A DNA stretch of 64,000 bases from Opitutales bacterium. Its GTDB lineage: Bacteria > Verrucomicrobiota > Verrucomicrobiia > Opitutales > JABSRG01. The stretch lies in NCBI GenBank assembly GCA_049599475.1, contig JBMYOQ010000004.1, positions 1 through 64,000 on the forward strand. Direction: 5' to 3'. The first letter of the stretch is position 1. Each line of letters begins with the position of its first letter. The notes under the pieces are model-generated. The model saw nothing but the letters and a program-made list of their open reading frames with translations. It made no database searches and was not told the origin of the DNA. This document shows positions 8,051-18,164 of this stretch, in pieces. The position numbers were made by a program, and so were the translations under genes.

Positions 8051-10258
8051 TCAGTTTATCGCCACTGCAATTACCTCGCTATCTTGGTATCCGATTCGAT
8101 TCGCGATGATCTCGAGTTTTGCATTGGGTATTAGATCAATAGGTGTGTGGTAGAGCTGCCAGGGGCCTTCATTGATTCTATAATTAATTGATGCTCCCGG
8201 TGTATCACAGGTAAGGATAATCTCGTTGCCGGTAGTCTTATAATCAGGTGCGGCTGTGGCTCGGAAAACGTTTCCGGGACGTATGAATTCCATCATGACT
8301 GGCTCAGGCATCATGCCCATGTCGCCGATTCGGTCTTGCCAGCGCTCGGTGGCAAGGCGAAGCTTTTGCAGAATTTCTGCGTAATCGGCTTTGCCCGCTA
8401 GATTGTTAATTTCGTGAGGGTCTTTAATAATGTCATAGAGCTCTTCGGCGGACTTTGTCGGGCTGAAAAAGCGGCTTTGAGCTTCGTTCAGTTTTCCTTC
8501 AGCATGTAATCGACGAAGGTCTACAAGCGTAGGCATTTGGTCCATGTAGTCTAAGTGCTGAGAGTAGGCCCGTTGTGTCTCGTAGTTGCGGATGTATTTG
8601 TAGCGGCCATCGCTTGCGGCGCGCATACATTCCTGAGCCTCGTCCATACGATCTCTGTGGAAAAAGAGCATTTCGGGAGCTGCCTCTGTTTCGGGTCCGA
8701 GAAAAACGCGGCCATGCATATAGTCTTTGGGCTGGATGCCCGCTAGTGCCAAAGTAGTCGGAGCAAGATCCTGTGTGGAGACGAGATCGTCGACGACGGA
8801 TCCCTGCTCGATGACTCCGGGCCAACGCGCAATCAGGGGAACATGTATTCCTGATTCATATATCCATCTTTTCCCGCGAGGGAGTCCGCGCCCGTGGTCG
8901 CTCCAAAAGACCACAATCGTATTGTCGGCCAGCCCATCATCTTCGAGGCGCTGTAGGATTTTTCCGACCTGACGGTCCATTTCGGATATGTTGTCAGCAT
9001 AGCGTGCCCAGTCTGTTCGCGTCTCTGGAGTATTTGCATAGATCGGCGGCAAAAACTCGCCTGCGCGTTCCGGGTCGTGGCGCTGTTCAGGTTGCAGTCT
9101 CGCCAAGATTTGCGCATGGACTTCATCGCTGTGGCGTATTTGGCTTTCATGACATACATCGAGATTTATAACACTGAAAAAGGGCTGCCCCGATTCGCGG
9201 TCGCGCCAGTCGTTGTGTTCCGTTCCTTGACGGTCCCAAGCGCTTAAGGGAGATTCGAATTGGTAATCTGTCTTAAATTTATTGGAGGTGAAGTAACCCT
9301 CAGCGCGCAGGTATTCGCTGAATGCTTTGACATCCGGCGGCGTCACTATGCGTGAGCGCATGTGCTGTCCTCCGTATGATATTGGATACATACCCGTGAT
9401 AATTCCTGTGCGTGTGACGGCGCAGACGCCCGCTGGTGTGTAAGCGCGTGTGAAGCGCACGCCTTCGTCTGCCAGTTGGTCAAGATTGGGCGTGGATGCG
9501 TATGTATCCCCATAGCATCCCAAGTTTGGGCTGATATCTTCGACACTGATCCAGAGAATATTGGGTCTTTTATCGGCAGATGTTTCATCGCGGGGTTTTG
9601 GTGCCATTTCCTGCGTCCCTGGCCACCATTCCCTGGGTTCACCTCCAGTGACAGGACGCGCATGGTTTTCTAATGAAAAATCCTCCTGAACGAAGCGCAG
9701 GGCATTCTTCGAGGCGCCGCGAACATGGTAATCGGCATCGTTTAGATAAGTTTCTTCGAGTACTGGTATGAGCGGGGTTGCTATCGGCCCGATTCTCGCA
9801 ATGAAGTCTGCAGCAGAGCACGCCGTACCGCGCTCACCACTACATAATCCATCGGCAAGAATATGGAGGGTGTCTTGGGACTCTCGGACGCGTGTAAGCG
9901 CGTATGCCGCTGCGAGTTTTACCCCGAATGAGCTATCGTTGAGTGTATGCTCCAGAGCACTCGATGCGGAGATTGCGGTTGCGCCTAAATCTCCCAGATG
10001 GCTCGCCGCCCAGTAGCGTGCCGAGGCATCTGGGTGAGACAACATGGCCTTGAGCTCTGGTAGGGCTTTCGCACCGAAGGTCGCTAAAGTCCGAGCAGCC
10101 CGTAGTCGCTTGGTAGCATTTTCAGAATCGAGGTAACTGACCCATGTTGATAAATCACGCCCTGCTACAAGGTCATTCTTTTGAGCGCTGACTGGATTAC
10201 ACAGGGCTATCGCTAAAGCACAAACCGACAGGTTCTTTATATTCGTTATCTCGATCAT
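8051..10258 (-). CDS. Secreted S1 sulfatase with N-terminal HEAT repeats and a C-terminal Fn3-associated/chitobiase-like domain
   Basis: Signal peptide, HEAT repeats (RYWAASHLGDLG, VKLAAAYAL), RPNILWISVED, CAVTR motif, WSDHG, EELYD. Confidence 0.88.
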   Translation of the reverse strand: MIEITNIKNLSVCALAIALCNPVSAQKNDLVAGRDLSTWVSYLDSENATKRLRAARTLATFGAKALPELKAMLSHPDASARYWAASHLGDLGATAISASSALEHTLNDSSFGVKLAAAYALTRVRESQDTLHILADGLCSGERGTACSAADFIARIGPIATPLIPVLEETYLNDADYHVRGASKNALRFVQEDFSLENHARPVTGGEPREWWPGTQEMAPKPRDETSADKRPNILWISVEDISPNLGCYGDTYASTPNLDQLADEGVRFTRAYTPAGVCAVTRTGIITGMYPISYGGQHMRSRIVTPPDVKAFSEYLRAEGYFTSNKFKTDYQFESPLSAWDRQGTEHNDWRDRESGQPFFSVINLDVCHESQIRHSDEVHAQILARLQPEQRHDPERAGEFLPPIYANTPETRTDWARYADNISEMDRQVGKILQRLEDDGLADNTIVVFWSDHGRGLPRGKRWIYESGIHVPLIARWPGVIEQGSVVDDLVSTQDLAPTTLALAGIQPKDYMHGRVFLGPETEAAPEMLFFHRDRMDEAQECMRAASDGRYKYIRNYETQRAYSQHLDYMDQMPTLVDLRRLHAEGKLNEAQSRFFSPTKSAEELYDIIKDPHEINNLAGKADYAEILQKLRLATERWQDRIGDMGMMPEPVMMEFIRPGNVFRATAAPDYKTTGNEIILTCDTPGASINYRINEGPWQLYHTPIDLIPNAKLEIIANRIGYQDSEVIAVAIN

Positions 10259-10551
10259 AAGGTAAATTTTAATACAGATCCTAGAGGAAGCTCAGACTGA
10301 TTCTCAGTAATGCATTACTATTTTTGAGAGTTCCCTTGCTTGATATCGTCTATGCGCAAGGGGTGACTTTTATTGCATCGAAAATGACACATTTTATGGG
10401 CCTTTTCTGTCCACAAGACTGTGGATATTGATGCTTTTAAATACTCTCCCAAGTATTTATTTCTATAAATATGAACGTAGTGGATTTTTAAAATAATTGC
10501 GATGAAATTGTAGAGAAATGGAGGTTTAATTCGGTGATCCAATGTGCGTAC

Positions 10552-10595
10552 AAAAATAAACTTGGACCCACCATCAGATAGGTGAGGTCCAAGTT
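10552..10595 (-). terminator. Intrinsic terminator of the CBM6 gene at 10675-13308
   Basis: Hairpin aacttggacc-cacc / ggtg-aggtccaagtt followed on the minus strand by a T-rich tract. Confidence 0.65.
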
Positions 10596-10674
10596 GTATG
10601 TTGAAGCTCCTTGCGGCTTCGTTAAATCATTCCGTTGGGATATTGGGCGCAATGGCCGCCCATGCCGCTGAGAG

Positions 10675-13308
10675 TTATTCGACAGGAATAAACTGTATCC
10701 AGTTTATATTAAAGCGGCTCCCTGTCATGTCCGCTCTGAGAATTTTTCTGAAACCCCCATTGCTGACACTCACATTCTCGAGGGTCACATCTGTCCAATT
10801 TTGCCAGCCTCCCGTGAATGGAATTGTGAAAGTTCCGATAGTTTCGAAGTTGTCATCGCTTACGGCATCACCGAGTTTAAGATCGAAGCTACCGCTTGCC
10901 CTTGCGGAGGCTACGCGTGCTACGACGTTATAAGTGCCATCGGGTATATTTACAGTATACTCCAACCATTCACTTTCTCTTATCCATCCAATATTGTAGC
11001 CGCCATCAACGTCTAAGGTCGCGTTCATATCAACATCATCGCTTCCATAGGTTCCGTAATTTCCTGGGCTCGTATCGTAATAGGCGACTCCGGATCCTCC
11101 GAGGTCATAGTCCTCGGCTTCAAGCGTCCCTGGAAGCTGGGCGGCGCTGGCGCCGAGCGGAGTCTGTGGTATGACACCTTCTGTGAATACATCTTCATAG
11201 TAGAGTGTGTCATTTGTGTGGTCGTCCACGTCTGTGCTACTGACCGCGATAGCATGGCTGTAAGGCGGGAGTGTGATAGATACAACAGCTGGAGAGCCCT
11301 CTGCCGGAGTGATATCGTCTACCTCGGTCGTCCAGCTTTTATGGACGGTAGCAGTTCCACCGGAAACGCCCCATACTTTTCCCTGATAGGTGCGTGTGCT
11401 GTTTGTCAGGTTCTGAATGATACGAAACGTGCGGTTCGATTCCCGTATTTGAAGGACGGCGAATATGGAACTGTCGTCTAAGACATTGATGGTCGAGTTC
11501 GCAAATTCGGTATCTTTATGCGCACATTCTACGATGGCCCAGCGACGCGTGCCAGCAGGGTAGTGGATGATGCTGTCGTCGCCATTGTCAGCTGCATCAT
11601 GTAGTCTCACTAGTGCGGTATAGTCATCGTCAGGGTTACTACCATGTGTGTAGACTCGATCTATTGAGCGATGCCCAGTAAAGGTCGTTACCGGTACCCG
11701 TACTTTGATGTCTCCAAAAGTGAATACGTCTTGAGGCTCTTCGATGACTTCCTGATAGGCTCCCATGATCGGGTAACGTCCACCGACCAATACTAGGCGG
11801 GTATCCAAGCCATACACTTCAGAGTCCGCGTCGTTGTGTATTTGAACCAGTCCGATGAGGCGTTCTGGAGTCAATAACCACACTTGTTCGCCTAACCACT
11901 CACTACCTGCACCCCAGCTAGGAGTCGCGTTACCCGTAGTGCGCTCTGATAGGCGATAGGATGCGGCGATGGTGCCAAAGTTTTTTCGGGTTATCGTATT
12001 CGACTGTTCATCTTGGCTGAGAAAACGGTAGATCTTTTGGCTAGAGTCGCGCCCCCAATCTGTGGAGGTCCCCGGTTTTTGTTTAAATTCTACGGCGACG
12101 CCATCGAGAGCGGCTTTCAAGGATGTGTCGTTCTCCCATGGGCCTAGCACCGCGGCTCCGACGAAGGTATTCTTGCCGACTTGTTTACCCTCTAGGCCTT
12201 CATCTGGATGTTCTTCAGGCGCGGCAATTTGAGGATTTCTGGCTGTCGCAACAGTGGCCCATTGTGGCGTGCGTATTCGTGGTCCCATGACTGCGCGATC
12301 GTAAAGAATAAAATTAGAAGGCAGCTCGAGGGGCGTTGTGTTCTCATTGTAAAGAACAGCAAGGATGAGGCTCATTTCTTTGTCGAAGACCTGTTCTTTT
12401 TCTTGGCCGATCGTATAGTTGTAACCATCGCCAAAAATGTAGCTCAGTGCAAGAGATGCACTCCGGCCGTGGAGACCATTATACATGTGTTTAGCCGCGT
12501 TTGCCGTTGATTGCATTGCGAAGCCACTGGGCTCTACGGTCAAAGGTCCCCAAGGAATGGTTTTCCATAGCATGGCTTCTACCTCCGGTGAACCGGTTAT
12601 TTTCCACCACCATACCATCCACATCACGTTCCAGGTACGATAACCCGAAGCGCTATTTTGGTATCCCGATTTATGGATTGCACCGTCACTGGAGATACAC
12701 TCGGTCAGAAAGAGATTGATCGCGTCTGCTGCTTTTTGCTGATAGGTGAAATTAGAAGTGATGGCACCGGTAAAATATACAGCCATAGCCATGCGCACAT
12801 CTCCGTTGAGCCACTGATTGGCGATGCTGTGGTCGTCATAGATGCGGGTGAAGTTTTCAAGCTGGTCTTCCGTAAATGCGATCAGGGCAGATTCCCATGC
12901 TGATATCTCTTCCGGAGTCAATGAGCCCGGGCTATGGTGTTTGAGCAGCATATAGCTATAGGATGCTTCGAAGCACCCTATCATGTCACCGAGGCCAGTG
13001 CCGGAAGTGTATTCATTAAAGCGAGTATCGAGGAGTAGCTTGAGTCGTTCAAGAAGGTCTGGGTCGTATTGGTAAGGGCTTTGCGGATGTAAGTAGGTGT
13101 AGATGCCATTCAAGGTTTCACTCGAGATATCCCGCGAGCGAGAAGGGACACTGGTATCGCCAATTTTTGGATACTCGAAAATATCGTTGAGACGAGGGAA
13201 GTCTGGATTGAGTGGCAGCAGGTCAGTCACGGCAGCTCTTGACAAAGAAGTCAGAGCGATAGACAGGCAGATTATGGCCCATCTCAGAGCGGTAGGGTAT
13301 CTTTTCAT
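10675..13308 (-). CDS. Secreted protein: unassigned helical + beta-rich catalytic region (polysaccharide-lyase-like architecture) with C-terminal CBM6
   Basis: Likely start MKRYPTALRW at 13308 (ORF track starts 13344) with signal peptide; C-terminal LPGTLEAEDYD..TGGWQNW..FNINWIQF is CBM6. Confidence 0.7.
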   Translation of the reverse strand: MKRYPTALRWAIICLSIALTSLSRAAVTDLLPLNPDFPRLNDIFEYPKIGDTSVPSRSRDISSETLNGIYTYLHPQSPYQYDPDLLERLKLLLDTRFNEYTSGTGLGDMIGCFEASYSYMLLKHHSPGSLTPEEISAWESALIAFTEDQLENFTRIYDDHSIANQWLNGDVRMAMAVYFTGAITSNFTYQQKAADAINLFLTECISSDGAIHKSGYQNSASGYRTWNVMWMVWWWKITGSPEVEAMLWKTIPWGPLTVEPSGFAMQSTANAAKHMYNGLHGRSASLALSYIFGDGYNYTIGQEKEQVFDKEMSLILAVLYNENTTPLELPSNFILYDRAVMGPRIRTPQWATVATARNPQIAAPEEHPDEGLEGKQVGKNTFVGAAVLGPWENDTSLKAALDGVAVEFKQKPGTSTDWGRDSSQKIYRFLSQDEQSNTITRKNFGTIAASYRLSERTTGNATPSWGAGSEWLGEQVWLLTPERLIGLVQIHNDADSEVYGLDTRLVLVGGRYPIMGAYQEVIEEPQDVFTFGDIKVRVPVTTFTGHRSIDRVYTHGSNPDDDYTALVRLHDAADNGDDSIIHYPAGTRRWAIVECAHKDTEFANSTINVLDDSSIFAVLQIRESNRTFRIIQNLTNSTRTYQGKVWGVSGGTATVHKSWTTEVDDITPAEGSPAVVSITLPPYSHAIAVSSTDVDDHTNDTLYYEDVFTEGVIPQTPLGASAAQLPGTLEAEDYDLGGSGVAYYDTSPGNYGTYGSDDVDMNATLDVDGGYNIGWIRESEWLEYTVNIPDGTYNVVARVASARASGSFDLKLGDAVSDDNFETIGTFTIPFTGGWQNWTDVTLENVSVSNGGFRKILRADMTGSRFNINWIQFIPVE

Positions 13309-13675
13309 TGAATCATGAGCTCTGAAGAGAGCTTTAATGGACAATTGGGGTTATGTGGGGTAAGCGTTCGAGGAGTTGATATCAGGATAATGGTACAACT
13401 CTTAGCCTACCATGGTGCGCTCGAGCCGACCGCGCCGCTAACTCGATTTCGCGCATTGATCTCATTAAATACGAAAAATTGATGGGCAGGGAGGGAATTT
13501 TGTTTAGAAAATGTAAGCCGTAAGGATCTTTTACTTTTTCTTTTAGTTTTGACCGTGCAGACCTCACCTAGTTTTCGATCGGCAATGGGTTTTTTCTGGG
13601 AATTTCGACAATATTGCTTAGGTTTCTGTAGTTTACCTTTGTACTTAACCCACAGATCTAGCCCCAGACTTTTAG

Positions 13676-14833
13676 ATGTATCGAATTGCCCTCGCGTTCC
13701 CTTGTGTTCACTCAGTCAACATATACATCACGAAAGGGATTTTAGATTACAGTAAGGAACATCCAAATTTCGTATACAGGTACTTCGCAAACTCGGATGT
13801 CGATGGTCTTAAAGAGCTAGCACAGTGGGATGGGGATGGTGCGATTGTGGCTTTGAAAACCGCCGAGGCCTTTGAATTGGCCAAGGAGCTGAAGTTCCCG
13901 ATATTGAATATTTCTGCGGAGTATAACGACAATTCCATCCCTAGGCTATACCGAGACCACCGGGAAATTGGTACCGATGCCGCCAATTATTTGGCTAGCT
14001 TGGGCGTCAATGAAATCGCTTATCTAGGCTCGAGTAATGCTCATTTCTCTGTGGCGAAGTGGGAAGCGATTCAGGCTCGTTCGGTTGAGCTGTGTAAACC
14101 GGTCTCAATACTCAATGTCGATCCGTTTCAATCGTTGTTTTCGGAGGAGAAAGTGCTTCATGAATTGAATACTTGGATCTCGGAGCGGAAACTCCCAATT
14201 GGTCTGTTGATTGACGACGACGATATGTTTCCCTTCGTGTCACAAGCACTCCAGGGAGCCGGCTTAAGAATACCGCAGGATGTCGCGGTGGTCAGTGTGC
14301 GAGATAGTCGTGCATCACAGTTTCACGAGCCTACCTTGAGCAGTTATCAGTTTAATAATACGAAACACGGATGGCAGGCGATTGAGACCCTACACGCGAT
14401 GATTGAAGGCCGGTTTGACCCGGAGATGGCGGACATATCCTTAACAGGTATTCGTCTCTTCAAACGAGAATCCTCGAATATTTTGCACTGTAATGATGAT
14501 CGTCTTTCAAAGGCCGTCGAATTTATTAAGAAGAACGCAAACCGCCTCTTGTCAGTAGATGATGTGTCCGAAGCCGTCGGTTGCTCGCGACGGACACTTG
14601 AAAATTCGATTAAAGAGGAGCTAGGCTACACCTTGCGAGATTTTATAATTAAAGAGAAATTACTCAGGGTAGACTACCTCGTTGAAAACCATCTCTTTTC
14701 GGACCTTCACAATCTTGCCGGGGCATCAGGCTTTTCCTCCTTGAGGCACTTACAAAATGTCTTTCAGAAGGTCCGCGGGTCACGTATCGAGGATTACGTC
14801 AAAGCGAGTTACGACACGAAAATCAGCTTCTGA
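13676..14833 (+). CDS. XylR-type transcriptional regulator (LacI-like ligand-binding domain + AraC HTH)
   Basis: WDGDGAI, LRIPQDVAVV, PTLSS, RESS linker, C-terminal SRRTLE..LAGASGFSS AraC HTH. Confidence 0.88.
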   Translation: MYRIALAFPCVHSVNIYITKGILDYSKEHPNFVYRYFANSDVDGLKELAQWDGDGAIVALKTAEAFELAKELKFPILNISAEYNDNSIPRLYRDHREIGTDAANYLASLGVNEIAYLGSSNAHFSVAKWEAIQARSVELCKPVSILNVDPFQSLFSEEKVLHELNTWISERKLPIGLLIDDDDMFPFVSQALQGAGLRIPQDVAVVSVRDSRASQFHEPTLSSYQFNNTKHGWQAIETLHAMIEGRFDPEMADISLTGIRLFKRESSNILHCNDDRLSKAVEFIKKNANRLLSVDDVSEAVGCSRRTLENSIKEELGYTLRDFIIKEKLLRVDYLVENHLFSDLHNLAGASGFSSLRHLQNVFQKVRGSRIEDYVKASYDTKISF

Positions 14834-15034
14834 CCCGGAGGTTCCAGCCAGCCGCTGAGCGATTGCACCGTCGATAGATCAGGTGCACCCATTATACGGT
14901 GGTACTTAGATTTCTGTGCTCGAGTGTCCAAGATCGTTTCAATCATTTCCTTCTTCGAACCGAAAGCGCATTCCAATGCCTTAGTCCAGTTCGATACTGA
15001 AGCTCAAATTCAACGTGCGCGCCTTGACTTTTGA

Positions 15035-17965
15035 TTACTCGATGCGGGTGTAGACTTCAGGCTTTTTCTTCAAGTAGATGAAGAGTTTTTTGGCGTCTTG
15101 ATTCTCTAGCTTGATGCGGGAGTTATTGGTGTTCAAGGGCATCCAATTGACTTGGCCGGCTCCGGCGTCTTTGAACCCGGCTTCGAAGGGATCGAGAGGG
15201 TAGTCGTAAACCCAATACGCTAGAATTGTCTCCTTGGGTGTTCCGGGGTGTTTGTAGAACAGGCCGTCTTCGCGGAATTCGTATATTTCGCCGTCCTTTT
15301 CCCATTTGCCTATGAGTTCTGGGTCGTGTGGGCCCTCGTAGTATCCCTCGCCGATTCGGAATGGGAATCCAGATGCTTTGAATCCGGGAGCCCAGCGCTT
15401 GTCGGAGATTTTGGGCTTGGGCCCTTTAACGAATTCCTGGTCGAGGTGGAGGAGGGGTGCGCCGTCGCGAAGCACAACGGCTCGGACATGGGTGCTTTCT
15501 TCAAGAATGAATGGCTTCGAATAAATACTGCCGTTTTCCGGATCGCTGCCATCTAGACTGTATTTGATCTGGTAATTTGTATTCGGGATCTTTCCGCGGA
15601 GGCTGAGATGTTGCACGTCGATGGCGATTTGCTCGGTCTCTTCAAAGAGCGTGTCGCCTAGGAAGGCCGCTGCTGTGATTCGGGCGGGAGCATTGTCATC
15701 GGTTGCTTGAAAGAACCCTCGGCCATATCCGTAGAAGAGCTTACGGTGGTTTACACGGTGAGGGGTGACATCGACTGGGTCCCCATTTTCGAATCCAAGA
15801 TGCGTCAATGGCCCTTCAATTTTGAATTCGACGCGATTCATAGTCCAGGGGACATTGTTTCCTGCTTGATCGACGGCTTGGTAGGTGATGGTGGCTGTAT
15901 CTAAACGGTCATTTTTTAAAGCGCTGTTGTTGGTCTCGAGCTTGAGGGCAACGGGGTTGCCTGCAGTGGTCCAGATTTTTTCTGCGACGGGCTTTCCGCT
16001 CTTGTAACCAACAGCTTTCAGCTCGCCAGGCGTGTAGGGGACCTTCCATACAAATTCGAGCCACTCGGGGTCTTCAGTTTTTCTGCCGAGAGATTTCCCG
16101 TTTAAAAAGAGTTCTACTTCTTCGCAATTGGAGTAGGCTACTATAGGAACTATTGTTTCTGGCTCTAGAAAGCGATGGGTCCAGTGGGGGAGAATATGGA
16201 CCATCGGCTTATCGGTCCACTGGCTCTGGTAAAACCAAAAATGGTCCTTCGGCAGTCCCGCCAAGTCTATGATACCAAAATTCCAAATACGTGCTGGGAA
16301 TTTTCCGCCTCCGAAGGATGCCTCGCCCAGGTAGTCAAACCCAGTCCATCGGAATTCGCCAATTACCCAAGGCATATCGCGGGTCTCACGCCAGCTCGTG
16401 CGTGCAGAGATGCGGACGCCTGCGTTGTCGTAGCTCGAGCTGTAACGGGGGTGTCCGTCGAAGAAGATTTGCTCTGTGCCGTAGTCGGGGATGGCATTCA
16501 CGGGGCGGTCAGGATTACGCCACCAGGTGCGCACGCGATAAAATCCGCGGGTTTGTAGTGTATGTGGCACTTCAGTGCGCACTGCGATTTGGTCCGGGTG
16601 TTTTTCGTGGAAGCTCTGCATCGCTCCGGGCATGCCGCCAGGGCCATTAAACCCTTGGATGTCGACACCTTCGTAGATGGTCCCACCGGTAGTGGGGCGT
16701 GTTGTATCAAATTTTTTGATAAATCCTGTAATGTCATGGATGTCCGCTTCGCCGGTTTCGTTGCCGATAGAATACATCACGATACTCGGGTGGTTGCGCT
16801 TACTGCGGATCCACTCTTCGACGTCGATTTGCCACCATTCGTCGAAGAAGCGACCGCCATAGTCTTCTTCTGCCTTGCGGTGCCAGCCGTCGAAAATTTC
16901 GTCCATCACCATGATGCCTAGCTCATTACACAGTTCGTAGAACTCATGAGTACGCGGATTGTGTGAGGTGCGAATTGCATTCACCCCCATTTCTTTAAGC
17001 AGCTCAAGGCGCTCCCGCAGGATTTTCTTGGGAAAGGCGCCACCTACAGGGCCCCCGTCGTGGTGCTCGCAGACGCCTTTCATCTTCATGGATACATCGT
17101 TGAGGTAAAAGCCGGTTTTGTTGTCGAAGGTGAGTTTTCGAATTCCCACAGGGGTGTTGATCTGATCAACGAGTTTTCCTTCGAGATGTAATTGAGTGCG
17201 CAAGGTGTAGAGATATGGATCTTCGAGTCCCCAGCGGCGTGGATTTTCGAGGTGCATGGTCTGTTTGCCGTCACCTGCAGTTTGGGCTACGATATGCCCT
17301 TGCCTGTCTAGGAGTTGATACGATAGCTCTGCTGCGGTGTGGCCCTTAGATTCCGCTTCTACTTGAAGGGTAGCGTGCTCAGCTTCGGCTTCTAGAGCTT
17401 GGAAAAATATGGTGCCACGTTGGATGTGTGTTGAGTTTGTCAGTAAAAGATCGATACTGCCGAATATTCCGGTGCCTGTATACCAACGACCGGAGGGTTG
17501 TGGGGTGTTGTCCACGCGAATCGCAATCACATTGGTGCCTTCGTGCAGGTGAGGAGTGAGGTCATAGGCAAATGTGATGTATCCGTAGGGCCGGTCTCCG
17601 AGCTTTTTACCATTTATCCATACGGTGCTATCCATGTAAACGCTGTCGAGCTCGATGGAAACACGCTTGTCCAGCCAGCCTGCTGGGACATCGATATACT
17701 TGCGATACCATAGCACGCCGGCTGGAAGGTAAGCGCTGCGGCCTTTATCAGGAGCGTCTGCGCTGTATTCGCCTTCGATGGACCAGTCATGGGGAATATC
17801 GAGGGTGCGCCAAGCTGAATCGTCGTAAACGAGGCTTTCGGCCCCGGATTGTTCACCGGCAGAGAATTGCCAGTCAAAGTCTATATTGATCCGCTCGCGG
17901 GCGGCGTATGTGTGTACGCTCAATAAAGCGCAGATGGAGATTATGAGGATGTGGAAGTATTTCAT
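15035..17965 (-). CDS. GH2 beta-galactosidase, secreted
   Basis: IPHDWSIE, WYRK, RWYTGTGI, GVNAIRTSHNP, NHPSIVMYSIGNE, WTGFDYLGE; C-terminal YSLDGSDP Fn3-associated domain. Confidence 0.92.
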   Translation of the reverse strand: MKYFHILIISICALLSVHTYAARERINIDFDWQFSAGEQSGAESLVYDDSAWRTLDIPHDWSIEGEYSADAPDKGRSAYLPAGVLWYRKYIDVPAGWLDKRVSIELDSVYMDSTVWINGKKLGDRPYGYITFAYDLTPHLHEGTNVIAIRVDNTPQPSGRWYTGTGIFGSIDLLLTNSTHIQRGTIFFQALEAEAEHATLQVEAESKGHTAAELSYQLLDRQGHIVAQTAGDGKQTMHLENPRRWGLEDPYLYTLRTQLHLEGKLVDQINTPVGIRKLTFDNKTGFYLNDVSMKMKGVCEHHDGGPVGGAFPKKILRERLELLKEMGVNAIRTSHNPRTHEFYELCNELGIMVMDEIFDGWHRKAEEDYGGRFFDEWWQIDVEEWIRSKRNHPSIVMYSIGNETGEADIHDITGFIKKFDTTRPTTGGTIYEGVDIQGFNGPGGMPGAMQSFHEKHPDQIAVRTEVPHTLQTRGFYRVRTWWRNPDRPVNAIPDYGTEQIFFDGHPRYSSSYDNAGVRISARTSWRETRDMPWVIGEFRWTGFDYLGEASFGGGKFPARIWNFGIIDLAGLPKDHFWFYQSQWTDKPMVHILPHWTHRFLEPETIVPIVAYSNCEEVELFLNGKSLGRKTEDPEWLEFVWKVPYTPGELKAVGYKSGKPVAEKIWTTAGNPVALKLETNNSALKNDRLDTATITYQAVDQAGNNVPWTMNRVEFKIEGPLTHLGFENGDPVDVTPHRVNHRKLFYGYGRGFFQATDDNAPARITAAAFLGDTLFEETEQIAIDVQHLSLRGKIPNTNYQIKYSLDGSDPENGSIYSKPFILEESTHVRAVVLRDGAPLLHLDQEFVKGPKPKISDKRWAPGFKASGFPFRIGEGYYEGPHDPELIGKWEKDGEIYEFREDGLFYKHPGTPKETILAYWVYDYPLDPFEAGFKDAGAGQVNWMPLNTNNSRIKLENQDAKKLFIYLKKKPEVYTRIE

Positions 17966-18026
17966 GAGGAATCGAGAGAAGGGGGGAGGGTTGAGCTCGT
18001 GTTAACACGAGCCGTCAATTGACTGT

Positions 18027-18126
18027 GGTGGATATCGCCCGTTTACAGATCGGGTACATTTCGGCTCTGGCCGCTAAGGTTGCTTGGGCTGACGCGCTTG
18101 TGCCGGCTCGGTGATCCGGTGCTACC
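18027..18126 (-). repeat. REP doublet, family C
   Basis: Reverse complement ggtagcaccggatcaccgagccggc-acaagcgcgtcagcc..ttagcggccagagccga aligns with 21006-21093. Confidence 0.65.
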
Positions 18127-18164
18127 TTTTGAGAGGTCGTCCACTGAAAGGGCCTACAGGGTGG

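Noticed and set aside
17995..18012. Perfect palindrome gctcgtgttaacacgagc
   Set aside because: Single occurrence that does not match the regulon motif; function unsupported
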